Below, in pieces: positions 24,345-37,429 of a stretch of 56,338 nt of DNA. The position numbers and the translations under genes are program-made. The notes below the pieces were generated by a model. That model did not search any database. It was not told the origin of the DNA and was given only the letters and a program-made list of their open reading frames with translations. This DNA comes from Chara braunii (taxonomy: Eukaryota > Plantae > Charophyceae): positions 6,304,970 to 6,361,307 of the forward strand of contig BFEA01000005.1 of the NCBI GenBank assembly GCA_003427395.1. The letters run 5' to 3'. The stretch's first letter is position 1. Each line of letters begins with the position of its first letter.

Positions 24345-26541
24345 ATGGCAGATGCTGACGGAATTGAGCGAGGTCTGACTGCGGCGCCGAAAAATATCGT
24401 CAAGGCAATAGAAAAAAGGGAGTTGGCAAGGCTGCAGGTCCCAAAAGTTGACATTTTCTTATTCAAAGGACAGAAAGTGTCAGAGTGGCTAGAACAGTTC
24501 AAACAAGTCACCAGCGAGGCGTCTGAGGCAAACAAATTCAAATTATTGCCCAGATATGTCCGGTGAGAGATCCGGCCAGAGATAATGAAGGTGGTTGTTG
24601 GAGCGACAGAGGTTTGGGCAATTTTTAAAGAAGAAATGCAAAGGCGCTTCAAGTTAGGGGATGGTCTGCTAACGAAAGCAGACTTGGAAATGTTACACAG
24701 GACCGAGTTCACCACGGTGGGTGCTTAGCTACCACCTTTGAGAAGATGGTAAGAAAAGTCCCAGGCATGGCGGAAGAGGAGCAATGCGCAAATTTCCTTG
24801 GGCACTTTACAAACTTTGAAGCCTCGGCGCTAACAAAGAAAGGCGCCCCAGGGAAGAAGCTGACTTGGACCACAATAAAAGAGAGCGTAACAGACGGAGA
24901 ACTGGACCAAGTGGACCTCTTTCAAATGCAGCAGACAAGGAAGAAGAAGACGACATTGAACGCCACCACCAGCGGCGGTGAAGACCTTAAGAAAGTTGTA
25001 GAGGAAGTGGTGACCCAACTTGAAGCCGCAAAAGAGGCAAAACCTTCGAAAAAGGTGTTGGCGGTAACACAAGTCCAGGGAAGGGCAAAAAAAACTATAA
25101 TAATAGAACGAGAAGAAGAAGAAGAAGAGGAAGAGCCTGAACCTCAGATACAAACAAAGGTCCAGAAAAAAGTCAGGAATCTGGTCCAAGGGGGTCAAGG
25201 CTCAGGGAGAGACCAAGGTCCTCAAGCAACAGCGATGCCGCCGCCTGAATCATATGACCAAGTTGGGGCGGTGGTGCCCACACAAGCTCGGCAAGCGCCG
25301 TACGGGCCGTTGCTAGGCTGTGAACCTCCAAGTCCCTGGCCCGGATATAACCCATATGCGCCATGGCCAGTGAGTGGACAACATGGACCCTGTACAGGAA
25401 CTCCATTGAGTATGGCTTCTTGCGGATGTTCGGGACCTCAAGCTCAATAGTTAAGCCAACCAAACCCGCAGCCAAGCCAACCTCAACGGCGCCGCAAGGA
25501 CCGCAAGGAAATCAAAGGGGCGGTCGCGGAAAAGGTCAAGGATGGGGTCGAGGACGAGGCAATGGTGGTCGCAGAGGAAACGGAAGAGGAAATGAAGGTG
25601 GTAACTCCAGCGGAGAAGGAAACAGAGATTGGAATGCGTCAGGAAGTCAAGGTGGTCAAGAAGGTGAGTGAGGGTATTGTAGAGGAATGATAGATTGACG
25701 GAATGCGATTTGCTGACACTGTGGGCAGAAAGGAAATACAATTAAGTTCTGCCATGTTCGCAAAAATAACGAAGATGAAGGGTTGATTAACACCAATTAC
25801 GATGAGGATATGTACGATAAGTTTGAGTACTACATTGACCCAAAGACTCCAGGAGGAACAAGAAAGGAGGCCTTGCAACGAGTCCAGGCTGGCATGCCAC
25901 CCGCTCCTCCAACTATGTTCCGGATTTGGCAAGAGGAGGAGGTCCGTCATAATGTAAGGGTGGAAGAGATAGGAGAGAATGAGGAGGTAGAGTAGGAGAG
26001 GAAATCCGACATCATGGGAGAGGAGCCTATCTTGGTAGAATCAGACGATGAAACAGAGGAAGGTTGTTGGAACGAGGCACGAAGGTCGATGGAAAAGATG
26101 GAGGACCTAGTGGATAAGATCGGGAGGTATCAGAGAAAATTGACCAGTATGTGTGAGTAGGTCAAAGGGTGGAAAGGTAAAAGGTCGCTGGTATATCTTT
26201 ACGATATGGGGTCAGGAGCACAAGGAGGGCCTGAGAACTTACTAGGCGTGATGATCTTGAGACCGACGCCTCGAGCCGGGATGGTTTTTAGGCCACGGTC
26301 AAGGCCGGGAAGGGCGCCACAGGCAGTCAGGACAAGGGCTAAGGGGCCGGTGAGCTTCGATGAGCCGACAAAAGATATTCCTGCGCCAAGTGGGGAAAAT
26401 GAGGATGTTGATAACCCAGAGGATGAGGATGAAGAGGATGAGAGATTCAGGAGAGAAGAGGATAAGAGAGCGGAGCAACGAGCTAAAAAGAGAGGTGTTA
26501 AGACAGACACGGACAGAGTTCCAGAAGGGAAGACGAAAAAA
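24345..26541 (+). pseudogene. Gypsy-type gag pseudogene, truncated by an adjoining element at 26542
   Basis: Capsid-like start FLFKGQKVSEWLEQF...W..FKEEMQRRFKLGDG, then Pro/Gln- and RGG-rich linkers and the knuckle C*HCGQKGNTIKFC (25711-25752). In-frame stops and frameshifts. Confidence 0.85.
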
Positions 26542-29320
26542 TGCTCACTTCTTTCTCACTTTTCGGTAAACAATGCCGGAGTTCGATGAAAATCTTTGCA
26601 ACATCTCTCATAAACATGATGAATTTCCAAGTTTTTTCTAACAGGAAATATTTGAACTCTCTAAATTTTTAAAAAAATCGGCAGTGCTTCCAATAGGAAA
26701 AATATCTTTCGAAATCTTCAATGAACTCAAAAAGGGATGACTCTTATAGATTTGTAAAAATTTTGGCAGCGCTTCGCGTAGGAAAAGGAGGTTGTCAAGA
26801 TTTATACGAAGCTGAAAATGAGAAAGCAAAGTACAACCATACTTGGGACCAACTTCTGATACACACTTTATAGTTAGAACTGGAGATAGTTTAAACGATC
26901 CTTCTTTGAAGATGGTATCGTAAGTTAACACTAGTCCTAACTTTTTATAAGCTCAGTCCTATCTTGTCCCAATCTTCCCTTGCATCATCCATTTTAATTT
27001 GCTTATAGCTCCAGCATTCGACAATAATTTAGAATGACTAAGTTTTTTAAAAAATACCCCCCAAGAGATAAACCTACAAAGCACACACAAGTGAGCACAA
27101 TAACATTTTTCACTAACTCTTTGGTTCTTTTCCAGATTACATAGTTCATTTTAGTCTCAAGTTATTACCCTTTTACTCTTCCTCACATAAGGCATAGGAT
27201 AAGACAACCCCAACTTATGGGTATGAATGATATGCCCAAGTTATATGGCTAGGCCGCACCAACTTATGATGCCCTCTGGTAAAACAAATATACATAAGAC
27301 ATATGACTAAGTCACACCACCTTATGGTATGACTAGCAACAAGTGACATAAGGCGTAAGACCAGGCCACACTAACTTATGGTGAGGCTAGTCTGCCTAAA
27401 TATTCGACATACAAAAATAACTGGACTGCCCCAACTTAAGAGGAGCTCCAACATTTGTCTTAACAACAATAAAAGGCATATGACTAGACCACACCAACTT
27501 ATGATGCGGCTACAACATAGGACTATGCTACCCAACTTATGGGTAGTCCAACCTGCTTAGACAAATAACCAACGCGCATGACCAAGTAACCCCCAACTTA
27601 CGAGTTTGTCCAGCCTTGGCTACACAACGATATTCAATATGGAAGCTTATAATTTTTTTCTCTCTTCAGACGAATGGTTAGGTCACTCTAACTTATGGAG
27701 ATCCCCAACCAAACCTCAGTTTATGATTGAAAATAACCAAATTATCTCTATGCTCTTCGTGTTGTTATGGGCATAGGACTGACTTATCCAACTTATGGAT
27801 AAGTTTAACTTGTTCAAAGTTATCTCTTAATTTTATACTCTGAATCTTACTTATTTTTTGCTTTTGTCTTTTACCGGCTTATATGGCTAGATCTCTCAAC
27901 TTATGACGCCTACCCTACCAATGATATACATATATATAATTATATCAGTTTTTTATACTCTCATTCCACTTACTATTTACGACTCATGTCTTGGTCACGC
28001 CAAATTATGGTGTGACTAGCCTTTGTGTGTGTCCCGCTAAAAAATAAACAAAAAACTGGATACATGCTTTTAGAATGATTCCAACTATATTCAATAACAA
28101 AAGAAATAAAGACTCTAAGTACCCAACTTACGGGTCTCATCCTCAGTTCAGAAACCCTAAGAAAAACATGTGACCGGACCGTCCAACTTATGGAGAGGTC
28201 TAGCCTCTGAAAACCAAGCACGCAACCCAAAAAAAACAACAACGAAATATACCACCAAGCCCACACACTTAGAATGGACTCAGTCTTTGGTTGACCCCAT
28301 CAGACACAAGCAAAATCAAACTTCCTGTCGCTTTCCCCCTATTTGTTCTATTTGAATTTTATACACATAGTTTGAACTTTTAGGCATACCTTATTTACTT
28401 AACTTTCCAATTTCAGTTTTGAAACTAACATAAACATGACTAATAGATATTCTCAGTAATACCTTTAGCCATCAAAGAGAGTAATACAATTAAGGGATGG
28501 GATCATACGACTAAATGGATTGTTATCCCCGTCTGTTTTCCGCCTCCAGAACCTTGCCTGGGCTCCAGAAGAGTTCCCACAATCGATGGTCTGACCTCAT
28601 ACAAGATCTTCTTGCAGATTATGAGTTGCAATCCTCCCTGCCGCCTTCCTTTCCGAACCAATACGCCAGACTTAGAGTAAGAAGGGTAGCGAAAGAAAGG
28701 TCAGTCCCTCAAGACCCGCGGAAAGGGTTACTTAGACTTGTGTGAGAGTGTCGTGATACCTTTGTTTCCTTAGGGGTCCGCAATGGTAGCTAAAATGCAG
28801 TCAGATCCCTCAATAAAAATGGTAGTACCAATGGTGACTGTAGTTATCCAAACTACTAGCAGGCCATTGATACTGAGAACAACACCACCTTGCGGAGACG
28901 ATAATACCTTGCAGAGACAGCAACACCTTGTTGTGTAATCACGAGCAGCCTGAGCGTCGATTCCAACAACTTAGAAATTGGAATCAATTGTTTGGATGCT
29001 ACAACTGAACGTCAATGGTTCGTGAGTTGCAACTCAAGAATTTTGCGGCCTGGACTGCATCCTGAAGACAAAGTGCAAAGGTCAACAACAACTTGTACGA
29101 AGACCATAATAATAGTCAAAAAACAACTTTAGTACCAACTTGTGCCGAGGTGCGGCGGTAGTCAAAGCTTAGGAGAGAACAACACTTCGAAGCCAGAAGT
29201 AGCAACACCAACTTGAAGCAATGAACTCACTCCTCTAACAGCATGTCGATTCTCTCCTTCAATCATCCTCTATCTTGACTTCCCCCTCCCTTATAGGTCT
29301 CTTTTCTCCTCTTCTCGTGA
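26542..29320 (-). mobile_element. Large non-coding LTR-like element, copy 2 (inverted relative to copy 1; right boundary approximate)
   Basis: Starts sharply with TGCTCACTTC where gag stops. The reverse complement aligns with 18050-21715, e.g. 28540-28790 with 18990-19245. Confidence 0.75.
27190..28205 (-). repeat. Second array of CATAAGTTG stem-loops (CAACTTATG on the + strand)
   Basis: About 14 motifs near 27211, 27260, 27318, 27372, 27432, 27495, 27533, 27594, 27690, 27789, 27897, 28001, 28123 and 28184. Confidence 0.9.
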
Positions 29321-30469
29321 TACTCTTCTCCCCTAATTAACACTGGGTTCCCTTGCATGAATGTCTAATAAAGACTGAGTAAGACTGAGTGTTGTTGAGC
29401 TAAGTTGTCAAATGGAAAAGGTCGTCGGGTCGGCCATGAGAAGTTGCCTTGAAAAATGATTTGAAAGTGCATTTTTGATTGAGTGTTTGGAAAGTGCATT
29501 GCATACCAGGGGACCCTAGGCACCTGTGAGTCATGACGACCACGTATTGAGTTGCTCAGTTCTTGTCTCCTCTTCTAGTCTCAGGCCTCAACGGAAGGGG
29601 GAATACCGGTCGTAGACCGTGACCCTAGGACCTTTGCCCCTCGAGGGAAACTCGAACCGCAACATGTCCCTCATGAGAAGGACAAAGGTTGAAGTATCAA
29701 GGCACCTTTATTGGCGTTCGTTATCCGGAACCAACTCCGACAATGAGCTCTAGTCGGGGAGTTTGAGCCGCATTTCGCGTTGAGAACCTAAACGTCTAGG
29801 GGGCCCAAGATGGGACAAAAAGTTGTTCTTCTAAGTTTTTCTTACCCTCCCCAATCACACGTCATGCCATAGAGAGGAGGCGCGGTCATTTGGATTGACC
29901 ACGACCGCTCACACTAAGTTGAGCAACATTGTCCATGGGGAGGGTCTGGCGAGGTACTAGGTGGAGTCCGCCCCGCTGAAGCATTGAAACCGCTTCGGAA
30001 CTAACCGTGAGGACTTCGTGGCTGCACTTGCAAACTAAAAGAGAGCCTCACTCTTTTGAAAGGAAGAGGCCGGATCAAATAAAACACCCCTCGGGACCAA
30101 CGATTCACGAGGGGTTCGCTAACGACAAGATGGGGTCCTCGGATGCATGGACTGGACCTACCTGCCAGCTGCGAGGTGGTACCTTAGTAATGATGTTCGT
30201 CTCCAGATAGCGGCAGTCAGACTAAGTAGAAAGGATGGGGTGAGTTATCAGCAAGGAAACGAATGATCACCCTTTATTTTAGGGGTTGATGGTCCAACAT
30301 CCTTCCCTCGGTCAGCGACAAGGTTTGCGTACCTCCGAGTGAGAACCAGTTGTGCGATGGGAACATCTCATTTGAGCGGGGGGAAAGCGAGTCATAAGAA
30401 AAACGTGCGAAAAAGAGTTGTGGACAAAAAAAAAAAATTGTTAGAATATTGAAAAGCGTGACAATATGG

Positions 30470-31020
30470 CTAGAGGAAGTGTATAAGTAATTTTATGAGT
30501 TTTGAGTATGAGATGCCTGGCGATGTGGCCAGATGCATTAAATGAGAAATTGTATGAGTCGTACTATGAGACGTCTGGCGATACGACCAAAGACATTGGA
30601 TGAGAAATTGTATGAGTATGAGCATGAGATGCCTGACGATGAGGCCATAAGCATTGTATGGAAAATTGTATGAATCTGAGCATACGAAACCTGGCAATAA
30701 GGTCAGAGGAACTTCATGAGATTTTGTTTGAGTTTTTAATCCTAAGAAGTCTGGCAATGTGACAAGAGATACTGCATATGAAATAGTCTAAGTTTGAGTC
30801 TGACAATGTGGCCAGAGGGACTGCATGTGAAAGAGCATACGTTTGAATCTGAGAAGTCTAACAATGTGGATAGAGGAACTGCATGAGATGTAGTTTGAGT
30901 GTGAGAAGCCTGACAAAATGATCAAAAAAATGACATGTCTAAAAATGAGTTTAAAGAGACCTGACGAATGGTCAGGGAGAAAACATAAGACTGAATGTGA
31001 GTCTGAAGAACCTAGCAAAA
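30470..31020 (+). repeat. Degenerate ~55-58-bp tandem repeat (~9-10 copies)
   Basis: Recurring GAGATGCCTG(G/A)C(G/A)ATGTGGCCA...ATGAGAAATTGT(A/T)TGAGT. Confidence 0.8.
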
Positions 31021-32459
31021 AAACGAAAGGAATATATGAGAACGAGTCAGAGGACAAACCACAGAAATGAGCATGGGGACAGACTGCGAATGAGATTAAG
31101 AAAAGAACAAACCGACATTTGAAAGGCAGTTGGTCTATGAGCAGACATAAGGCTGAAGGAGAGAGATCATGAGAGAGTTGGAAGGAAACTATATCAAGAC
31201 AATGGAAAGGGTGACAAAACTCGAAAAATAAATATGGATTGCATGTGCACTTAGGGAACGACAAACATCGAGAAATAAACATGGACTACCTGATCCGAAA
31301 AGCAGATCAATGAGCAACGCGTATTTTTTTTTTATGTACTACTAGTGATGAGCGACACAAAAGGAGCTTGAAGGAGTCACTAAAGAGAACATGACCATGC
31401 AACTCACCCCTCTCCGCCCCAATGAGCTGGAACTAAAAAAAACATGAGAGAGGTATAAGAAAGGATTAAAAAGACTCTGGCAAACTAATTGTCTGTCACA
31501 TCTTAATCCCTCTCCCCTATTAATAACAAACTAGTGAGCGATTAGGATATCGCGAATGACTGAAGGGAATATGTCGGGACCTCTGGTTCTCGGATCAAGT
31601 CTCGACCCTTGAGACATGATACATGGTTAAGATGTGCACAACAGAGGATTCCGGAATGAGAAGGCAAGAGAGAAGAGAAATATTTGACGAAGGACTAAAA
31701 CAGGATCGCCGACACCAAGGATCCAAGATGAGACTCAGGACCGCCAAAGTTGTAGAATCGGGAATGAACTACGAAGTTGAGGCTAGCAAAAGTGTTGCAG
31801 GAAATTAGTAACAAACGCCATCCTTCAGAAAAAATAATACCCAGATGAGAGTACCACAGGAAAAAATGGGCCGACGACACTAAGGAAAAGAGCGCCTTAT
31901 CGTCGATACACGAAGTCCTAGCATGTGGCCTTGGAGGCTACTTGAATACGGTTTGAGAAAAGCTTGAGGGTCATGGACCAAGCAAGGAGGGTGCAAAAGG
32001 ATTAATAGGTGTTACCTAAGCAAGTGTCCAAACACGAGCAATCTGAAAAGATAAGTGACCCTTGGGGGCCAAAACGAAAAAGGTAAGAAAAAGAGAGGAT
32101 GAACCTCAATTTTGAGGTCACTAGGCCTTGAAATTAAGAAGGGACTCAAAAGGGGTGCAACGGATCACAAGGGCCTTACTTGGGGAATGTCCAGGTACAC
32201 TAAACAAAAAAAATGAGGTTCTAATGCGTTCCAAGATAAAACGGTCGCCAAGGATGAGCAGAAAATAGCCTAGAGGAAGGATGAAAGAGGTAAGAAAGTG
32301 TGGGAGTGAAAAAAGGGTAAGCCGCCACATCATCGTCAACTTCCCCCTCCACAAAGGAGGTATAGGTACCTTGAACAGAAATGCATCAAATCTAGATGCA
32401 ATTGGGATAAAAACGGACAACAATGGACACCTAGAGTAAAACAGAAACACATATTTTAC

Positions 32460-33922
32460 GTACATTTTATAACCGAATTCATCCTAGGATGAAACGGTTA
32501 CAAAATGTTTTGATCTTTTTTATTTTCGAAGACAAAATCAAGATAAATCAAGAAGAAAGTACGTCGTGATGCAACGGATCACAAAAAGTAAAGCAAACAT
32601 ATGTTTTAAGTACATCGAGAGCCGATTTTAAATCCGCATGCACTTGAGGATTAACCGTTTCATTTTGTTTCAGTTTGAGGCAAGTGTGGGGGCAATGAGA
32701 CTAGGAAAGAAGTCACTATAGCACTTCGAGATTTAATGGACTGCAAAGGAGTGTCAAGGCAATGAGAAAATGAGCCTTGACGGCTGCAAGGCACTAGAAA
32801 AAAGAGCCTCAAGCATGAGGCCCAAATTACGACAATGAACGGCGACCGCGAGATCAAGATCACGTGCCCAAGAACATTTGGCATGCTTATAGACACATGG
32901 AGAGGAGGAAATTGGCGTTGTCGGGGATAAGGGAGTCTCAAATAAAATTGGAACGACATGGAGAGTGGTGTCGGGGACCATATGGGATCAAATAAAAATA
33001 ATCACAAATTGGCACCGGGACCGACGAGATCACTGGCGGGATTAGTATCGGGGACTAATACGGAACAATTGTCGGGGACTTGGGATATCCCAAAAAAACT
33101 ATGGGGCGAAATGAGGAATGAATAATCAATGAGAGATGCATCGTCGAGATCAAGATCTAACGAGCATCACTAGTGCAAACACTAGTGGGATCAAGCTTGA
33201 GAGTCGAAGAAGACAAAGAAGGGAAGAAATGAGGAAGCAGGGTGTAGATTGCTATTCAAAATATCTTGGACGAGCCAGTCTAGATAAACTTGAGCGTTGA
33301 AAAACTTTATGCGAGAAATAAGGTACCAAGGGAAAATATAAGGAAATGGGGTCACAGTTTGGGGTTAACGGTGACAAAATGAGGCTCCTATGAGTTTGGG
33401 GGTGCTATGATTGCAGTCCGAGAAACAACGGACTGCCCCTTGAGCATGCTCTACAGTCTTCCCCCGAACAAAACGTGCAGAGTGTGTTGTATTCGTATAC
33501 AATACACGTGCGTTCTGCTACAAATTTTTGGCACCAACTTCGAGAACCAGGTCGTACTATCATGTTTTGGGTCATAGCCAATGGTATACTTCTTTCCCAT
33601 TTCTTGCTAGTGCAATGAAGATATTACAACTTGTAGACTGCTTATTTAAAAAATTTGGACAAATGGAAGTATAACCCCTAAAGAAACATTTCATCAGACA
33701 TCGAAAAATATAATGAATATATTTTTACCATTATCTAATTTATCTGATAATGAAACTCAAGAAAAACATACAGAAACCCCCAAGAAAATGAAGTATATGC
33801 ACTTACCTTTCAATAGACAATGACTTCAGGGTATCCGTTAAAACTGGAACGGTACATATGAATCGAGAAACAGTCCAAATTAGGGGGGGAGGGGGGGGGT
33901 AGGGGTGGGGGGAGGGAATGCA

Positions 33923-33958
<36 letters not shown>

Positions 33959-35990
33959 TCGAAAAACAATCCACATTAGGGGTAAAACAAAAACAAAAAC
34001 CACATTACACACGGAGCTTGATACCGAGACCTTCGTCCACTACGCACCAAATGTGAAAAATATGAATGAATCGTACCATTGAAAATGGAATTCTACATAG
34101 TCACATTATTTATATATTATGCATGTGGAGAGTGGTGGAGCGAGGTCCTGACTGTACGTAGCATTCGAACAGTCAGCCCCAATACGAGTTGTGCACAACA
34201 TTCGAACAGAGTCGTCCAACATCGATTCAGTCTTGGAGCATTGTCATCACTCGCCAAGATCTACCACGCGGCCAGGATCCGCCATCACTGTAAGGTGTCA
34301 AAAGGACCTCCACCCGCCACTGCAGTAAGTCACCAAGAAGATCTCCATGTAAGGCACGCACACACAGACATACATACACACAGAACACTCGTACGTTCTA
34401 TTTGAATAGGACACCCATGTGTTAGAATAAAACATACGTGTGTACTATACGAATAGAACATATATTCCTACTAGTTGAATTTATGGGGGTGACTTCGAGA
34501 AATCGAGTTTTCTAGGAAAAGTTGAATAGTACATACGTGCGTTTGGTTCGGGGGAAGACTGACCTAGATCAAGATCGAGGGTCTAGAAAAAGTCTGTACA
34601 ACTAATTGACACTTGTCATGACAGAAGATAGAAGAAAAATAAAATAAGAAAAAGGAGGAAAAAAAAAAAGAGACAAAAGAGGAGGAAAAGGAGGGAGGGA
34701 GTTGGTCGTCAGTAGGGACTGACAAGTCTCTACTGTCTGAATATTGTGGGGGAAAAAAAAAAAAAAAAAAGGAAAATATAAATGACCATAAACGTTAAAA
34801 AAACGGTCACTTGGAGGGTATATTTGTGACCAGATTCATCCTAGGGTGAATCGGTTACAAAGAATTTTGATTTTCTTTAGATTTTCTTGAGAAAATCAAA
34901 GAAAAGCAAGACCTTTTGCAACCGAGATACAACAGATTGCAAGAGGGGAGCAAAACACATGTTTCAAGATCACTTGAAGCCAATATTGAGTCTGGATGCA
35001 CTTGGAAATGTGTCGCTTCATTTTGTTTCAGTTTGGGGCAAGCACGGGGGCAATGAGACTGGAAAAATGGTCAACATTGCACTCCGGGATTTATCAAACC
35101 GCATGGGGATGCCTAGGTCAAGGGAAATGGGCCTTGACATGCCCAAGACAATAGAAAGAAGTGTATCAAGCAAGGAGCAAGTGGAGGCGGTAAATGACAA
35201 CCATGAGATGAAGATCTAGCAACCGGGAATATTCACCACACTTGAGACACACCGGAAGGAGAGATTGGGATTGTCGGGGACTAGGAGATCCCAAATTAAA
35301 AAAAAAAGACGTTATGAGGAACGATGCCGTAAACTAGATGAGACCAAATAAAAATAATAAAAAATTGGGCCCGGCGGGACTACCGGTGGGCTAGAAAAAA
35401 TGAGACTAGTGGCGGGAACTTGAGTTGTCTCAAAGGAACGGTGGACCAACATCAGGAATGGGAAAATGAAGCAAGTTGCACCGTCAAGATTCAGATCTAG
35501 CGGTGAGAAATATGAACAACTACTTGTGCAAGCACTACTAGGGTTAAAGTGAGAGGAATTCGGGGGAGAAACGGAGAAACAAAGAAAGAAGGCCTACCTT
35601 GTAGTCTGAGATATCTCCGACTCGCCAAGCAAGAGAAAATAAAGCCTCAAGGCGCTCTATGCAAAAAATAGGTTGCCAAGGAAAAATTGGAGCAAGTGGG
35701 GCCGAAAATTGAGAGCAACGGAAACTAAATGGAGCACCATAACTGTAGGGGTCTCATTATTGTGAGCCGAGAAATAAAAGGCAACAACTTGATCTAAATC
35801 TAGATCTAGATCAAAATCCATGACATAGAAAAGGTCTCAACATCTACTTGACACTTGTCACATCAGCAATAAAAATAAAAAATAAAAAAAAATGAGGGAA
35901 AATAAGACAAAGGTGGAGAAAAAGATGACTGAAAATGGGTCGATCAGTTGGGACTGATATAGTAGGGATTAACAGGTCCCTACTATGAGC
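32460..35990 (+). repeat. Diverged direct duplication of a ~1.2-kb unit (32460-34740 including an insertion; 34820-35990)
   Basis: Shared blocks ATTCATCCTAGG.TGAA.CGGTTACAA, TTCATTTTGTTTCAGTTTG.GGCAAG, GGGGCAATGAGACT, TTGTCGGGGA and TTGACACTTGTCA occur in the same order. Confidence 0.85.
33454..34561. mobile_element. 1108-bp non-autonomous TIR element (CAGT termini, possibly Tc1/mariner-like)
   Basis: CAGTCTTCCCCCGAAC ... GTTCGGGGGAAGACTG, with subterminal inverted homology (33482-33520 vs 34425-34465). TA on the left flank only. Absent from the paralogous site near 35795. Confidence 0.8.
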
Positions 35991-37429
35991 TCATCAGTCT
36001 AGATTTGGTGAAATCAAATTCGAAGTGAAGAGATAAGGTCCTTGGGGCATTATCTCAACAATACCTGAATTAAAAATGTGAAAATGAGATAAAAAATAAA
36101 GCGGAGTTGGCCGGTTTTCTTTTGGACTATAGATATGAGATTCATATTCAAATCTATGAGGGAGGCAATATGGTCGTTTTTTGTGGGACCAACTCAAACA
36201 GCCAACTCTGGTAGAGAGCCCAAAATGGAAAGTAATAAAAAAACGAAAAGACAAAATTGTATATTTGGCCGAAAACGGAGACCAGATGCACCAAAAATTA
36301 AAAAAGTGAGTCATGGGGCTAAAATTTGAAGCATGAGGCACTTGTAGGCAAATCAGATCGTTCTTAGTTTTGGATCTCAGACAGATCCAAGACAAAAAAT
36401 AAACCGAGGTACAAGAAAATACCTCGGTCTCCCAAAAAAAAAAAGACTAAAAAGAATTAAGAAAAAATTCATAAGGTCTTCTTCTTTCAAGTAAGGCTGC
36501 ACCTTGATTATTCCAACTCAAATGGCAGCATCTGAAGATGAAAATGAGGCATGGGGAGGCTCTAGAGGAAGTCCGAGTTGGTACCAACCACTCGAATTGC
36601 ATATACTTGACCAAAAAGAGGCCAAGGTACTTCCAAAGAGGCCTACTAGTGAGGGAGAGTCTTGCGGGTACCTCGGTTTTCCATGGAGCACATGGAGAGG
36701 CCCATGGGCTGACCAAAGTGTTGTGCCCAGCCTATTTAAGCTGAGGGATCAACCCGCCACACTCACATTTGCATGAGGCAAGTACATGCTCGTCAAATGA
36801 CCTCAAGAGAGCATTACACTCAACCGGAGTGAGAGAAGGAGAACCGTTGTTTGTTTGGGTGCTTGAGGATCTAGGCTAGTGAGGAGAGTTACTGAGGCTA
36901 GTAGAGGTGGTGCTGGCCTAGGGGAGTGATCTGCCACAGCGCTCAGGCTGTGAGGAAGAACGGAACTTTAATAGAAATCTCTTTAACTCTTTTATGGGAG
37001 GACTCCATAACCTTAGTGATAGGAGTTTGTCATAGCCATAGAGAAACGGATGAAGGGAGAGCTGTAAGGGTTTGTGGAAGGATGAAGTCATAACCAGAAA
37101 GGCAAGTGTGCAAAGGAGGAGAGGACATCATCAAGGTTGACATCTCAAGGTCATGACACTTAAGAAGGTGAGTGAAAAAAATGAAGGGGCTCCCTTTCTT
37201 GACACTTTCCTCTTCTCCTTCATTTTTTCCCCTCCCCTTTCCTCCATCTCCTTCTTCCTCCTCATCTCTTCCCTTTTCACCTTCTTTTTTTTTCCTTGTG
37301 TTTCTTCTCTTCTCATTCTCCTCTCTTATTTCCTATTCTTTCTCTCCTTCTTTTCTCTCTCTTTTTTTTGCTCTTTGTGATTAACATCCTTATTATGGGA
37401 AGGATAGAATGTAGTTCGTCCACTAGAGT

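Noticed and set aside
26537-30431. Solo LTR 26542-30426 with an AAAAA target-site duplication
   Set aside because: The TG...CA ends and flanking A-runs fit, but gag does not resume after 30426 and A-runs are common here.
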